A stretch of 64,000 nucleotides of DNA. Source: an uncultured Candidatus Saccharibacteria bacterium (GTDB lineage: Bacteria; Patescibacteriota; Dojkabacteria; GCA-016699595; JBAXKR01). Below are positions 22,534 to 32,688 of the stretch, piece after piece. The position numbers and the translations under genes are program-made. Under the pieces are notes generated by a model. The model ran no database searches and had not been told where the DNA came from. It worked only from the letters and a program-made list of their open reading frames with translations. The stretch's first letter is position 1. Each line of letters begins with the position of its first letter. The DNA lies in NCBI GenBank assembly GCA_964430225.1, contig CAYSFE010000001.1, positions 95,668 to 159,667 on the forward strand. The letters are read 5' to 3'.

Positions 22534-23127
22534 TTATCTGCTTCTTAGATTTTGTAAAACCATCTTCATTATCACTGAATGGTCCTTTGATTCTAGATCT
22601 TTTACAGATATTTTGGAATAGGCCTCTTCTATCTCTACTTTTTTGAAACCGAGACTTGAAAGTGCATCAATAATTTCAGATTTTTGATCTTCTGATACTG
22701 CCTCTTTAATCGTCTTTTTTGTTGTATCAATATACTTGATTTCGTCAAGTTTACCACCTAATTCGAGAGTAATCTTTTCTAATGTTTTACTTCCAATTCC
22801 CTTAACTTTAAAGGCTTTTAAATTTCCTGATTTTACACCACTCACAATACTATCTACCCCGATCTCAAGTAATAGAAGTGCACTTTTAGGCCCAACTCCC
22901 GAAACACTTAAAAGTTTTTCAAAAAGATTTAATTCATTTTGAGAATCAAATCCGAATAGTCTAAACGAGTCTTCTCTCACATGTGTAAATATATATATCT
23001 CTATCTCATCCCCTTTGTTATATATCCTACCAGCCACAATCTCCACTTTGTACCCCACGTTATTCACGACAACAGAAATATATTCTGAGTTTGAAAAGAG
23101 AATTTTTCCTTTTAAGTAGTTAATCAT
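22534..23127 (-). CDS. ruvA: Holliday junction DNA helicase RuvA
   Basis: HhH motifs (GVGPKSALLLL, GIGSKTLEKI), lying between ruvC and ruvB. Confidence 0.85.
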   Translation of the reverse strand: MINYLKGKILFSNSEYISVVVNNVGYKVEIVAGRIYNKGDEIEIYIFTHVREDSFRLFGFDSQNELNLFEKLLSVSGVGPKSALLLLEIGVDSIVSGVKSGNLKAFKVKGIGSKTLEKITLELGGKLDEIKYIDTTKKTIKEAVSEDQKSEIIDALSSLGFKKVEIEEAYSKISVKDLESKDHSVIMKMVLQNLRSR

Positions 23128-23130
23128 AGT

Positions 23131-23607
23131 TTATCTAACCACAAATGAGTGGGTAAGTGCAATAGCTAGAGCATCTGCTATATCATCAGGTCTTGGTATT
23201 TCTTTTAAGTTAAGAAGTAGTTTTACCATTTTTTGTACTTGTGCTTTATCAGCTCTTCCACTACTTGTTACTCCTTGTTTTACTTGTAAAGGCGTATACT
23301 CAGCGATCTTCACATTCTGTCTCATCAACGCAGACAGTATAACTCCTCTTGCTTCTGCAACTTGTATAACAGTCTTTTGGTTTTTGAAGTAGAATAACTC
23401 TTCAACAGCTGACTCATCTGGAGAATACTTCTTTATGATTTTTGTTAGTTCCTTATCGAGTATTAAAAGTCTTTCAGGAATACTTAAATCTTTAGAAGTG
23501 AGTATTGCTCCATATTCAACCAGAGTAGTTTTATTCCTAATCTTACTCTTCTCTACTACTCCCCAGCCTGTAATTGCTATCCCACAATCTATTCCTAGTA
23601 TTATCAT
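23131..23607 (-). CDS. ruvC: crossover junction endodeoxyribonuclease RuvC
   Basis: MIILGIDCGIAITGWGVV N-terminus and RNase H-like fold, in the yebC-ruvCAB order. Confidence 0.85.
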   Translation of the reverse strand: MIILGIDCGIAITGWGVVEKSKIRNKTTLVEYGAILTSKDLSIPERLLILDKELTKIIKKYSPDESAVEELFYFKNQKTVIQVAEARGVILSALMRQNVKIAEYTPLQVKQGVTSSGRADKAQVQKMVKLLLNLKEIPRPDDIADALAIALTHSFVVR

Positions 23608-24419
23608 TTAACGTTATGCCAAACGTTTAATACGTCATCTGATTCTTCCATTTTCTCAATGAAGTTATGTAACTTTTCTTCTTTCTCTTCAGGTATTTCG
23701 ATAGGGCTTTTACATATTTTTACAACTTCTGCACTTTCTATCTTGTATCCTAATTTACTTATTTCTTTATACACATGATTCAAATCAGTTTTTGAGGTTA
23801 GAATTTCAAAGCCCATGTAGTTTTCTTCTCCTTCTAGTTCATCATTTGTAACAAACTCTAGTTCCATATCTAATACATCATTAACACCGGTGATATCTAG
23901 TATTTGAAGCATTACTTCATCCTTGTTATCTACTTTTACCAGCTTATCTATTCCTCCATATTTCTCTGATTTCACTACTTTAGCTAAGTACATATTTATT
24001 CTTCCCATTTCTTCAAATTGCCAAGATACTGAATTTACAGATCCCATAACAGCACCCGAACTTTCAGCCATTTTTCTAATACTTGCAAATGTCCTATTCG
24101 CATTATCAGTAAGACAATCTATGATAAAAGCAATATCTCCTCCTAAATATCCTTCATAACTGATATTTTCATAGCTAACTGCATCTTTACCTACCCCAAG
24201 TCCTTTATCTATAGCCTTTTGGACATTATCTTTAGGTAAGTTAGCAGCTTTAGCCTTATCTATTGCTAGTCTAAGTGCAAAGTTAAGATCTGCATCTCCA
24301 CCACCTGTTTTGGCAGCAACTGTAATAGCATTACCAAGCTTCGTGAATAGAGCTCCACGTTTCTGATCTGTAACTCCTTTAGCTCTTTTAATCTTAGCCC
24401 ATTTTGAATGTCCTGACAT
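23604..24419 (-). CDS. yebC: YebC/PmpR family DNA-binding regulator
   Basis: MSGHSKWAKIKRAKG signature. Confidence 0.9.
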   Translation of the reverse strand: MSGHSKWAKIKRAKGVTDQKRGALFTKLGNAITVAAKTGGGDADLNFALRLAIDKAKAANLPKDNVQKAIDKGLGVGKDAVSYENISYEGYLGGDIAFIIDCLTDNANRTFASIRKMAESSGAVMGSVNSVSWQFEEMGRINMYLAKVVKSEKYGGIDKLVKVDNKDEVMLQILDITGVNDVLDMELEFVTNDELEGEENYMGFEILTSKTDLNHVYKEISKLGYKIESAEVVKICKSPIEIPEEKEEKLHNFIEKMEESDDVLNVWHNVK

Positions 24420-24453
24420 AGTTATTACTTAATATCTTAGCTTACGTATACTA

Positions 24454-25461
24454 TCACTTAGATAACCTACCAATCAACCCCAGTACTTCATTAATATTTA
24501 AAATATCAGTTGTATCTGAGCTTAAGTATGCTAGTAGTATGTCATTAGTCTCAATACGATTCATACTTTTGAGTTTAGTAACTATAAAAGTATTAGAGCT
24601 TTCTTCTAAAGAACTATTTAGAGAGTCTTTAATATTTCCAATGATTTTTTCAACGAATTTCTCATCGTCTGAGAGACTTACTCCTTTTAATGTCATTTCA
24701 AATCCCATATCACTTTTAAGTTTCTCCATAATAGCTCCATGTTTCTTTTTAAAAGTTTCATTTATGAATTCTCCATCCATTAGTTTCTTTTCTGCAGCTT
24801 TACTTCTCGTTAAAGGATAGAAAATACCAGCAATGAAGCCTATAATTCCAAAATATCTTTTTGTCTCATCTCTTCCTTTCTCAAGCCCCCTCTTTAAACT
24901 CACTATTGCCTTAGTCCAAGAAGGAGATATTGGGCGAAGACATATTTGAATAACAAATTGATCAGTTTTATTTAGCGAAGTAATTACTTCACTTCTATAT
25001 TCTCGTGGGTTATATGGGATTGCAAAGTCTTGCTTTGTTTCAAATTCAAAATAGTCTTTATATTTACTTTTTAATAATATATCCACTTTATTTAATGCTT
25101 TTTTTTCTTTGTCTTTTTTAAAATCTGAAAGTTTATCTAATACTTCTGGTCTTAATCTTAAGTACATTTCTCCATTTACAAACTCAATAACTAAATACTC
25201 TCTTGATTTAAATAGCTTAAATGACTCTTGGAATAGGGATGTTAATTGAGAAAGTCCTAAATCACCCTTCTTTAAAGCTATTCTTACATACTTATTACTT
25301 GTATATTCGTTTTCCCTTCTCTTACCGTCAAGAATTACAAGCACTACTAGAATAAAGATTAAAAAGAAAACACATAGAAGAATATAATTTAAATATGGGA
25401 TTAAAGGGTCAAAATTAGAAGATCTTAAAATACCAATTATTTCTTCAAGTGCCTGTCTCAT
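24454..25461 (-). CDS. hypothetical membrane-anchored protein
   Basis: 335 aa with an N-terminal transmembrane segment. Confidence 0.4.
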   Translation of the reverse strand: MRQALEEIIGILRSSNFDPLIPYLNYILLCVFFLIFILVVLVILDGKRRENEYTSNKYVRIALKKGDLGLSQLTSLFQESFKLFKSREYLVIEFVNGEMYLRLRPEVLDKLSDFKKDKEKKALNKVDILLKSKYKDYFEFETKQDFAIPYNPREYRSEVITSLNKTDQFVIQICLRPISPSWTKAIVSLKRGLEKGRDETKRYFGIIGFIAGIFYPLTRSKAAEKKLMDGEFINETFKKKHGAIMEKLKSDMGFEMTLKGVSLSDDEKFVEKIIGNIKDSLNSSLEESSNTFIVTKLKSMNRIETNDILLAYLSSDTTDILNINEVLGLIGRLSK

Positions 25462-26655
25462 TTAAAACGTTTTCACAAGAATTAATATATCTGCAGTAGA
25501 AAGCTTTTCAGGACTTTCATACTTAAAATCTGCATCTACAAATATTTTCTTTAAATACTCAGTAGTTTTTACATATTTATTACTATCTTTAATATATATG
25601 GTATTTTTTGAAACTTCCACACTAAAATTCCCTGTCCTATTTATTGATAATCCAGCATTTGAAAGATACCTTCCAACCTTTGTAGCAAGCCCTTTTTCAT
25701 TCGATGCATTTAGAACTTCTATTCTAACTTGCTCTCGTAATATAGCCTTATCTGAAAAATTATCTCTAATATATCTATCAAACTTATCTTGATCCATATA
25801 TCTCTTACCAGAAACTATATTGAATATGCTGGTTGGTGTAAAATATAGAGACATTTTATTTGCAGAAGACACTAAATCACTAATTAAGCTTCTAAAATCA
25901 TTAATTTCAATATTTGTGAATATATGTTCTTTGGTACTTAAGGTTAATTTAGAAAAGGACAGTAAAAAATCAAGATTTCCAAATCTTTTAAGCATTTCCA
26001 CCATATATTTATTGTCATTTACTAGTCTTTGACCCTCATTTGAGTACTCGTTATTCCAAAAGCTATCAAAGTTTGAATTAGTTATTTCAATTCTTCCTTT
26101 TTTAAATGTATTTGAATCATATTCATTAGAAACCGTTAGTGGACCAATATATGTATGGAAGTCTTTAATATACTTACGATCAATTATGATATATCCATCA
26201 GATTTTAGTGCAATATAGTTCTCCCAGAATGATATGAAATCATTAATACTATCCCCTTTTAGCTTCATATATTGAAGTATTTTAGATACTTCCATGTTAC
26301 TTCCATATTTACTCTCAGAAACTATAGCTGTGGTTGATATGTTTAAAAGTTTAAAGTTTCTTGTTGATGGATTTTGTTGAAGTACAAAAAACCCTGTAAT
26401 TAGTTCATACCCCGATGATTTATCACGTATAAAGATAAAGATATTATTACTATCTAGTTTTGACTCATATATCTTTTTATTCGCATCTCCAAAGTTTCCT
26501 ACTGAATAGTTAAACATATTTACCATATTTGAAGCCAGTAAATATCCAGAATATATTAGGAATAGAGAGAGAATAACTAAAAATAGGATCTTAAACCGTC
26601 TTTTTAATCCATCGAAAAGATGTTTTTTACTTTTAAGTCTTTTTAGAAATTTCAT
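25462..26655 (-). CDS. LCP (LytR-CpsA-Psr)-like protein with a LytR_C-type C-terminal domain
   Basis: N-terminal transmembrane segment. The C-terminus RIEVLNASNEKGLATKVGRYLSNAGLSI...GNF resembles the LytR C-terminal domain. The upstream Met at 26712 is also possible. Confidence 0.4.
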   Translation of the reverse strand: MKFLKRLKSKKHLFDGLKRRFKILFLVILSLFLIYSGYLLASNMVNMFNYSVGNFGDANKKIYESKLDSNNIFIFIRDKSSGYELITGFFVLQQNPSTRNFKLLNISTTAIVSESKYGSNMEVSKILQYMKLKGDSINDFISFWENYIALKSDGYIIIDRKYIKDFHTYIGPLTVSNEYDSNTFKKGRIEITNSNFDSFWNNEYSNEGQRLVNDNKYMVEMLKRFGNLDFLLSFSKLTLSTKEHIFTNIEINDFRSLISDLVSSANKMSLYFTPTSIFNIVSGKRYMDQDKFDRYIRDNFSDKAILREQVRIEVLNASNEKGLATKVGRYLSNAGLSINRTGNFSVEVSKNTIYIKDSNKYVKTTEYLKKIFVDADFKYESPEKLSTADILILVKTF

Positions 26656-27610
26656 GTTGGGCAGTTTTAAATATTGATGGAAGTTCTGATAGGAACTCCA
26701 TAGGGGTTCCATCCATGAGCTTTAATTTTACTTTATGTGCATGTAGCATAAGTCTTTCATAAGATTTTCCAGAATATATCAGGTCTCCCCATATTGGGAA
26801 GCCAATACTACTTAAATGTACTCTTAATTGGTGTGTTCTACCTGTTTTAGGATATGCTTCAAGCATATGATCGTCTACTAGTTTAAATCTTGTTTCAGAG
26901 TATTTTAGAGCGTCTTTTGAGCCTGATTCTTGTAAACTCATCTTCTTTCTATCTCTTAACGATCTTCCCATAAACCCAGATACCAATATCTCGTTTTCAG
27001 ACAAATTCTTTACTTGCCCAATAACTTTTCCCTTTGAGTTTTTAATTTTAAAATCTCCCTTTTTAAATTCTTTTGAAACACCCTCATCTACCATACAAAT
27101 ATACATTTTTTCTACTTCCCTATGCTCAAAAAGTGAAGAATAGTAATCAAGAGCAACAGGATTTTTAGCTACTAGTAGTACACCTGAGGTGTCTTTATCT
27201 AGCCTATGGACAAGACCCATTCTAATATCTAGAGATTCTTCTGTAAGACCTAGATAGTACATAACAGCATTTGAAACAGTTCCAGAAGTAACACCTGAAC
27301 CTGGATGTACGACCATTCCAACCTCTTTATCAATCACTAACAAATCTTTATCCTCATATATTATCTTTAGCGCTATATTTTCTGGAAGTATATGATCATT
27401 CTTTGGAGTTTCAAGAGTCTCATAGCTAATTTCATCTCCAATTTTTAACTTTGTAGAAGATGATTCTTTTTTTCCATTTAAAAGTATTTGCGAAGATTCT
27501 ATGAAATGTTGGACAGAATTTCTCGATAACCCTAAATGAAGAGCCATAAAGACGTCAAGTCTACTTCCTCTATTTTCTTCATTTATCTGTATTTTCATTT
27601 TTGGATCCAA
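26633..27610 (-). CDS. rluD: RluA-family 23S rRNA pseudouridine synthase (RluD-like)
   Basis: S4-like N-terminus and the catalytic motif HRLDKDTSGVLLVAKN. Confidence 0.85.
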   Translation of the reverse strand: MDPKMKIQINEENRGSRLDVFMALHLGLSRNSVQHFIESSQILLNGKKESSSTKLKIGDEISYETLETPKNDHILPENIALKIIYEDKDLLVIDKEVGMVVHPGSGVTSGTVSNAVMYYLGLTEESLDIRMGLVHRLDKDTSGVLLVAKNPVALDYYSSLFEHREVEKMYICMVDEGVSKEFKKGDFKIKNSKGKVIGQVKNLSENEILVSGFMGRSLRDRKKMSLQESGSKDALKYSETRFKLVDDHMLEAYPKTGRTHQLRVHLSSIGFPIWGDLIYSGKSYERLMLHAHKVKLKLMDGTPMEFLSELPSIFKTAQHEISKKT

Positions 27611-28517
27611 ACAATTTATTAAAAGACCCTTTCATACTTGACCCAAATATTGAAGAAATTGTAGACTCGTTAACTTCTCGGTATGACTGATTAAAACCTT
27701 TAGATACGCCTTCTCCTCTTCTTACAAACCTAGCCCTTTCTTTAACAATATCAACATCTGAACTTGCCCTGTCTAAAGAATTTTCCTTAATAGTAATAGC
27801 TTTCTCAAGTAAAAGAAGGAAAAATGTTAAGAATAGGATACCTATATATACAAGTAACTTCTTTAAATCAAAAGAAATATATATTGAGTTTAAAGCAAAT
27901 ACCAGGTATGACAAAAATAGAACCCATTTAAGAAACGTAGCATTAGAAAATCTTTGTGACATAGTGACAAAATACAAACATACAAGAAAACCTAGTATTA
28001 ATGGGTATGTATAGCTATCAAGTCCAGTTAGTGGATTTTTTGAAATATATACAAGTAAAACTACACTCATTAATAGTAGAGAAATTCTTCCATATCTTAC
28101 AAAAGTAAGAAAATATGTTTTTCCAAGTTTAAATTTAGAATCTATCATTGAAAAAAGAAATACTGGAACTATTGAAGCAGAGATAAAATAGTTAAAATCC
28201 CATATTTTGAATATACTCCAAGGATAGGTATCAAAAAATATTCTATTAACGATATTATTATCAAAATCTTCAACTATCCTATATGGAAGTAAATTCCAAG
28301 CTACATTTTGATCATAAAACACGATAAGGTAAAGAAGCCTTGTTACAAATACCCAAATTAAAAGAAAAAGTAGAAGCTTATCAAATTCTGAATATATATC
28401 AGTTTGTGATTTTCTTGCAAATCTCCAAGTGGTATAGAAAGCTATGAGTAAAGTAACAACCACCATGAATAATGGAGAGCGAATAATCCCTAAAATTGTT
28501 TCTAAGATAGCAGACAT
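27579..28517 (-). CDS. hypothetical polytopic membrane protein
   Basis: 312 aa with multiple transmembrane segments and a hydrophilic C-terminal tail. Confidence 0.4.
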   Translation of the reverse strand: MSAILETILGIIRSPLFMVVVTLLIAFYTTWRFARKSQTDIYSEFDKLLLFLLIWVFVTRLLYLIVFYDQNVAWNLLPYRIVEDFDNNIVNRIFFDTYPWSIFKIWDFNYFISASIVPVFLFSMIDSKFKLGKTYFLTFVRYGRISLLLMSVVLLVYISKNPLTGLDSYTYPLILGFLVCLYFVTMSQRFSNATFLKWVLFLSYLVFALNSIYISFDLKKLLVYIGILFLTFFLLLLEKAITIKENSLDRASSDVDIVKERARFVRRGEGVSKGFNQSYREVNESTISSIFGSSMKGSFNKLFGSKNENTDK

Positions 28518-29722
28518 ACTACTTTGTCATCCTCATTTAATATTTTATTAAACTCTTCAACAATTTGATCTTTAGTAATACTGTTTGAGATTTTAATATA
28601 TTCTTCAACTGTTTTAAACTCTCCTTTCTTTAAGTACTCTAGTCCAAAGAAGCTAGCAAAGTCTTCAGCTGTCTCAATATCCTTTCTAAGACCTGATTCA
28701 ATCATTGTCTTAGCTCTTTTAAGATCCTCATCACTAAAATCACCTTTTCTCATCTCTAGTATACAGCTTTCTATGAGTTCTTGGGCTTTTTTAACACTAT
28801 TTTTATTTACCCCAGCTGAAATCATAAACATACCAGTATCTGACATATATGAAGAACCAGATGATTGGTAGTATGAAAGTCCATTTTTTTCACGTAAGGT
28901 ATGAAAAAGTTTACTTGTAAAGCCTTGGCCAAGAATTACATTACCTAGGGATAAAGCATATCTACTAGGGTTAAAATAATCATATGTATGACATCCTAGT
29001 ATTATATGTGCCTGTTCTAATCCCCTATCTTTGCTTACGTTCTTGCTTACTTTTTCAAATACTTCTTTGCTCTTCTTAAAATTTGGGTTTTCTTTTAAGA
29101 ATGAGAACGAATCGGACAAGTATTTCTCTACTTCAGAGAAATCAATATTTCCTGATACTGTGATAAGCATATTGTTTGAGACATAGTTTTCGTCTTTAAA
29201 GTTTGAGATATCCTTTTGGGATATCTTACTTACACTCTCTCTATACCCTGTTGGAGATACTTTAAGAGTAGTATTACCAAATAGAGTTGGTAAAAACATA
29301 TTGTCATATATATCGTTTTGAGGATCATCATTATACATCTTAATTTCCTCTAGAATCACATTCCTTTCTTTATCAATATCAAGATAAAGTGGATTCTCTA
29401 TCATTTCAGAAAGTAGTTCAATACCCTCTCTCACCTTGTTATATGGAAGTTTAATGTAGTAGCAAGTTGTTTCAGATCCAGTATATGCATTTGTATCTCC
29501 TCCAATATTTTCTATCTCACTAGCAAAACTCATTGTGGAAGGATATTTTTTAGTTCCCTTAAAGAACATATGTTCTAGAAAATGTGCCAATCCTTCCTTC
29601 CCTACTGGATCCGATCTAGACCCAGACTTTGCAAACACATTTATACTCACCGAATATGAATCAGGCAAGTTTATTAACATTACATCAAGAGAATTTTTAA
29701 GCTTTATGGTTTTAATTTGCAT
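28502..29722 (-). CDS. M16-family zinc peptidase (insulinase-like)
   Basis: Inverted zinc motif HFLEHMFFKGT (HxxEH). Confidence 0.85.
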   Translation of the reverse strand: MQIKTIKLKNSLDVMLINLPDSYSVSINVFAKSGSRSDPVGKEGLAHFLEHMFFKGTKKYPSTMSFASEIENIGGDTNAYTGSETTCYYIKLPYNKVREGIELLSEMIENPLYLDIDKERNVILEEIKMYNDDPQNDIYDNMFLPTLFGNTTLKVSPTGYRESVSKISQKDISNFKDENYVSNNMLITVSGNIDFSEVEKYLSDSFSFLKENPNFKKSKEVFEKVSKNVSKDRGLEQAHIILGCHTYDYFNPSRYALSLGNVILGQGFTSKLFHTLREKNGLSYYQSSGSSYMSDTGMFMISAGVNKNSVKKAQELIESCILEMRKGDFSDEDLKRAKTMIESGLRKDIETAEDFASFFGLEYLKKGEFKTVEEYIKISNSITKDQIVEEFNKILNEDDKVVCLLS

Positions 29723-30636
29723 TATCTCCTTCTATTCTTCTTCTTTTTTTTAGACTTTGCAATAGATTTGAGAGAAGTATCTTCTGAAACTGTAGGATTA
29801 TTAACAATAGGGCTATTTTCTGGAAGAATTATGATCCCAGTTTCTCTTTTCTTAAAAAGTTTACCAAAGTCAATGCCTCTATATGTTGGGATATATTTAA
29901 AGCTAAAAAGATATTTCAAGAATGATTTTAGTTCACTATCTTTGAATTCTGGTTTTTTAAATACAGGCCTCTTAAATTTAATTGAAGGTTTTTTAATCTT
30001 TATTCCCCTTACTTTTTCTTTTAAGTTTGAAAGTCTTTCTTTAAGAGTTATCTTTTTCTTTTCTTCTACTATTTCTACATTTTCAGCTTCTAGTCTAGTA
30101 GGTTCAGACGGTTCATTAACTTTCTCTACTTCTGTTTTTACTGTTTCCTCTACTTTAGGACTTTCATTCTGAGTTTCTCCTTTATTCTCCAAAATATTCT
30201 TTACTGAATCAGTATTTAGCATTGTTACATTTATCTTTGGAGCATTCTTTCCTTCAGGATCAGGAGTTACATCAAGTGTAAAGCTAAGTTTAAGTGGAGT
30301 TGTAGAGTTTCCTAATATCTTAGGATCAAATGATATTGGGAACATATTTGCTGATTTTATTAGCCGTATCTCCTCTTTAGTATGTTCAGGTCTTAATACT
30401 ACATATATGATTAATGCTGGGATATTAAAGACTAGGACAAAAAGGGTTACCAATATTGCAGTAATTCTTCTTTTGTAACGGGTTCTAACATCAAAATATA
30501 CCCAAATACATATACATAACCAAAACAAGAGAAGGAAGATGCCAAGTGCTTTAAAAATGGAGTCCCAGTCACGGTTCTGATTATCTTGAATCTGTTTAAG
30601 AATAAACTCCCCAATTGTTGTAGACTTTGATGTCAT
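29722..30636 (-). CDS. membrane protein with a PLDc_N-like N-terminal domain and a Lys-rich tail
   Basis: Two transmembrane segments bracket WVYFDVRTRYKRR...LRPEH. The C-terminus is KSKKKKKNRRR. Confidence 0.4.
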   Translation of the reverse strand: MTSKSTTIGEFILKQIQDNQNRDWDSIFKALGIFLLLFWLCICIWVYFDVRTRYKRRITAILVTLFVLVFNIPALIIYVVLRPEHTKEEIRLIKSANMFPISFDPKILGNSTTPLKLSFTLDVTPDPEGKNAPKINVTMLNTDSVKNILENKGETQNESPKVEETVKTEVEKVNEPSEPTRLEAENVEIVEEKKKITLKERLSNLKEKVRGIKIKKPSIKFKRPVFKKPEFKDSELKSFLKYLFSFKYIPTYRGIDFGKLFKKRETGIIILPENSPIVNNPTVSEDTSLKSIAKSKKKKKNRRR

Positions 30637-30670
30637 TTTCTTTTGTCATACTATTGGGCAGTGAAATATA

Positions 30671-31237
30671 TTAAGCTTTTGTTAAATACTTTCCATCTCC
30701 TGTACTCACTTTAATTCTATCTCCTTCTTTAATGAAGAGAGGTACTTGTATTTCGTATCCTGTTTCTAATTTCGCATTTTTAAATGCTCCAGTTGCTGTA
30801 TCCCCCGCTACTGCATGGTCAGCCTCAATTACATTTAGATCTACATTTAAAGCAGGTTCAAAACTAACAGGCTTTTCATCTAAGAAAAGTACTTGTACTT
30901 CCATTCCTTCTTTAAGGAAGTTTAATTCCCACTCGTGTTCAGCTACTAAGAAAGAGAATTGAGAAAAGTCAGCTACATCCATGAAGTAAAGACTTCTATC
31001 ATCTTTGTAAAGATACTGTGCATTTCTTCTTGCTACATCAGCTACTTCTAGCTTATCTCCATCTGTAAATGTCTTTTCAGTAGTAGTTCCATTAAGGAGA
31101 TTCTTTATCTTAACTCGTATTGTTGCATGTCCTCTTCCTCTTTTGTTATGTTCATATTTAAGTACACTAAATGTACCACCGTCTAATTTAAAAACTGTAC
31201 CATTCCTTAATTCTGTTGGGCTTAAAAAACTTGCCAT
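30671..31237 (-). CDS. efp: translation elongation factor P
   Basis: The loop around KYEHNKRGRGHATIRVKIKNL carries the conserved Lys/Arg. 188 aa. Confidence 0.9.
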   Translation of the reverse strand: MASFLSPTELRNGTVFKLDGGTFSVLKYEHNKRGRGHATIRVKIKNLLNGTTTEKTFTDGDKLEVADVARRNAQYLYKDDRSLYFMDVADFSQFSFLVAEHEWELNFLKEGMEVQVLFLDEKPVSFEPALNVDLNVIEADHAVAGDTATGAFKNAKLETGYEIQVPLFIKEGDRIKVSTGDGKYLTKA

Positions 31238-31272
31238 GATTTAAAACAATATTTAAATATATATTAATAATA

Positions 31273-31356
31273 TGCCGAGAGAGGGAATCGAACCCTCATG
31301 ATATCGCTACCGCAGGATTTTGAGTCCTGTGCGTCTACCAATTCCGCCATCTCGGC
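31273..31356 (-). tRNA. tRNA-Leu (anticodon CAA)
   Basis: Reverse-complement GCCGAGATGGCGGAATTGGTAGACGCACAGGACTCAAAATCCTGCGGTAGCGATATCATGAGGGTTCGATTCCCTCTCTCGGCA. 7-bp acceptor stem, long variable arm, GTTCGATTCC T-loop. CCA is not encoded. Confidence 0.85.
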
Positions 31357-31407
31357 GAAACTCCTATACATTATACGTTATGGATACCCAATATATGAAG
31401 TGAAATA

Positions 31408-32001
31408 TTACCCTTTCACTGAGTTTTGTTCAGCTACTTGAGCATTACCACCCTTCTTCTTCTTGTTTGCCTCTTGTTTTGACTTGGATGCTGCTTGAGA
31501 AGTCATTACAGCTTTAAGAGACTTCTTTCTAGCTTTAAGCATCTCGTACTGTCCTTTCTTACCACTTAATACCTTTTGTTGTTGTTGGAGTTTTTGAGTA
31601 TATTGATAAATAGCGGCTTTTAACTGTTGTTGAAGTTGTTTCTTTCTTTCTTCTTTTTGTTCTTCTCTTTGTTCTTTTGCTTTTAATACTTGTTCCAGCT
31701 GTTCCCTATATTGATTCTTTGTTTCCTCATCTACATCGGGATTATTTAGTATGTCTTTAAGAGCATCAATGTTTGATTCAAGTTCTTCTATTGATTCATT
31801 TATCTGTTGCATACCTTCATCAAAGCTACAATCTTCATCTTCAAGTTTTACAGTATAGTCTTTGACAACTTCTTCAAGTTGTTTTACACCTTTTTCAATT
31901 TCTGGGAGTTCTTTTTCAAGCTTCTTAATTTCAGCAGAGATTCCACCAACTTGTTTTTCCATACTTGGTTGACCACCACCAGTACCTTCATCTCTACCCA
32001 T
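31408..32001 (-). CDS. hypothetical coiled-coil protein (Gln/Glu/Lys-rich)
   Basis: 197 aa with heptad-like EELE.../QQQLK repeats. Confidence 0.45.
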   Translation of the reverse strand: MGRDEGTGGGQPSMEKQVGGISAEIKKLEKELPEIEKGVKQLEEVVKDYTVKLEDEDCSFDEGMQQINESIEELESNIDALKDILNNPDVDEETKNQYREQLEQVLKAKEQREEQKEERKKQLQQQLKAAIYQYTQKLQQQQKVLSGKKGQYEMLKARKKSLKAVMTSQAASKSKQEANKKKKGGNAQVAEQNSVKG

Positions 32002-32012
32002 ATGTGTATGTT

Positions 32013-32582
32013 TTAGAAGCCAAAGATATATTTCTCTTTGTACTCAAGAAGTACTTTCTCTATTTGAGAAGTTAAATCAGGAATACAACTCATTAAGAAT
32101 GCTAGTAATTGATCTTGAGAAGATCCTTGATTCATTAAATTATCAAATTGATCTATTTGTTCTTTAGAAAGCATAGGTTCAAAGTAGTCGACAAGCTTCT
32201 CACCAAACTCATCATATAGTCGTTCAGATTCTTTCTTTAAGAATGCTGGATCAGCATTTTCTCCATGTTTTTCAATTACAGCAGAAGCCATAAAGTTAAG
32301 AACATTTGGATCTCTTGGTACAACATCTGTCATTCCATCTTCTTGAACTACTGGTGCAGTAGTACTATCCATAGGTGCACTAGGATCAGGAGTCATTACT
32401 GGTGCTTGCATCACTGGTTCTGGTGTTGTTGGTACAGCCTGAGGTGTAGATGAAACAGGATCAGCGGTATTCCAAGGATTTGGAATATTCTGTGCCATTG
32501 TTCCACTTTGATTTACGTCTTGAGGAGTTGCTAAGTTAGGATCACTAGGTGTTCCAGCCTGGTTCCAGTCGTTTGGATTCAT
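32013..32582 (-). CDS. hypothetical protein with a Pro-rich N-terminal half
   Basis: 189-aa ORF, 12 nt downstream of the coiled-coil gene. Confidence 0.4.
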   Translation of the reverse strand: MNPNDWNQAGTPSDPNLATPQDVNQSGTMAQNIPNPWNTADPVSSTPQAVPTTPEPVMQAPVMTPDPSAPMDSTTAPVVQEDGMTDVVPRDPNVLNFMASAVIEKHGENADPAFLKKESERLYDEFGEKLVDYFEPMLSKEQIDQFDNLMNQGSSQDQLLAFLMSCIPDLTSQIEKVLLEYKEKYIFGF

Positions 32583-32688
32583 TTTATATGTCTAAGAATT
32601 AATATTCACTATGTCCCCAGAGTCTTTGACACAGATAAGATATGCTACTTATTTTTGTTATGTTTGTCAATCAATACTAAGTTTATTC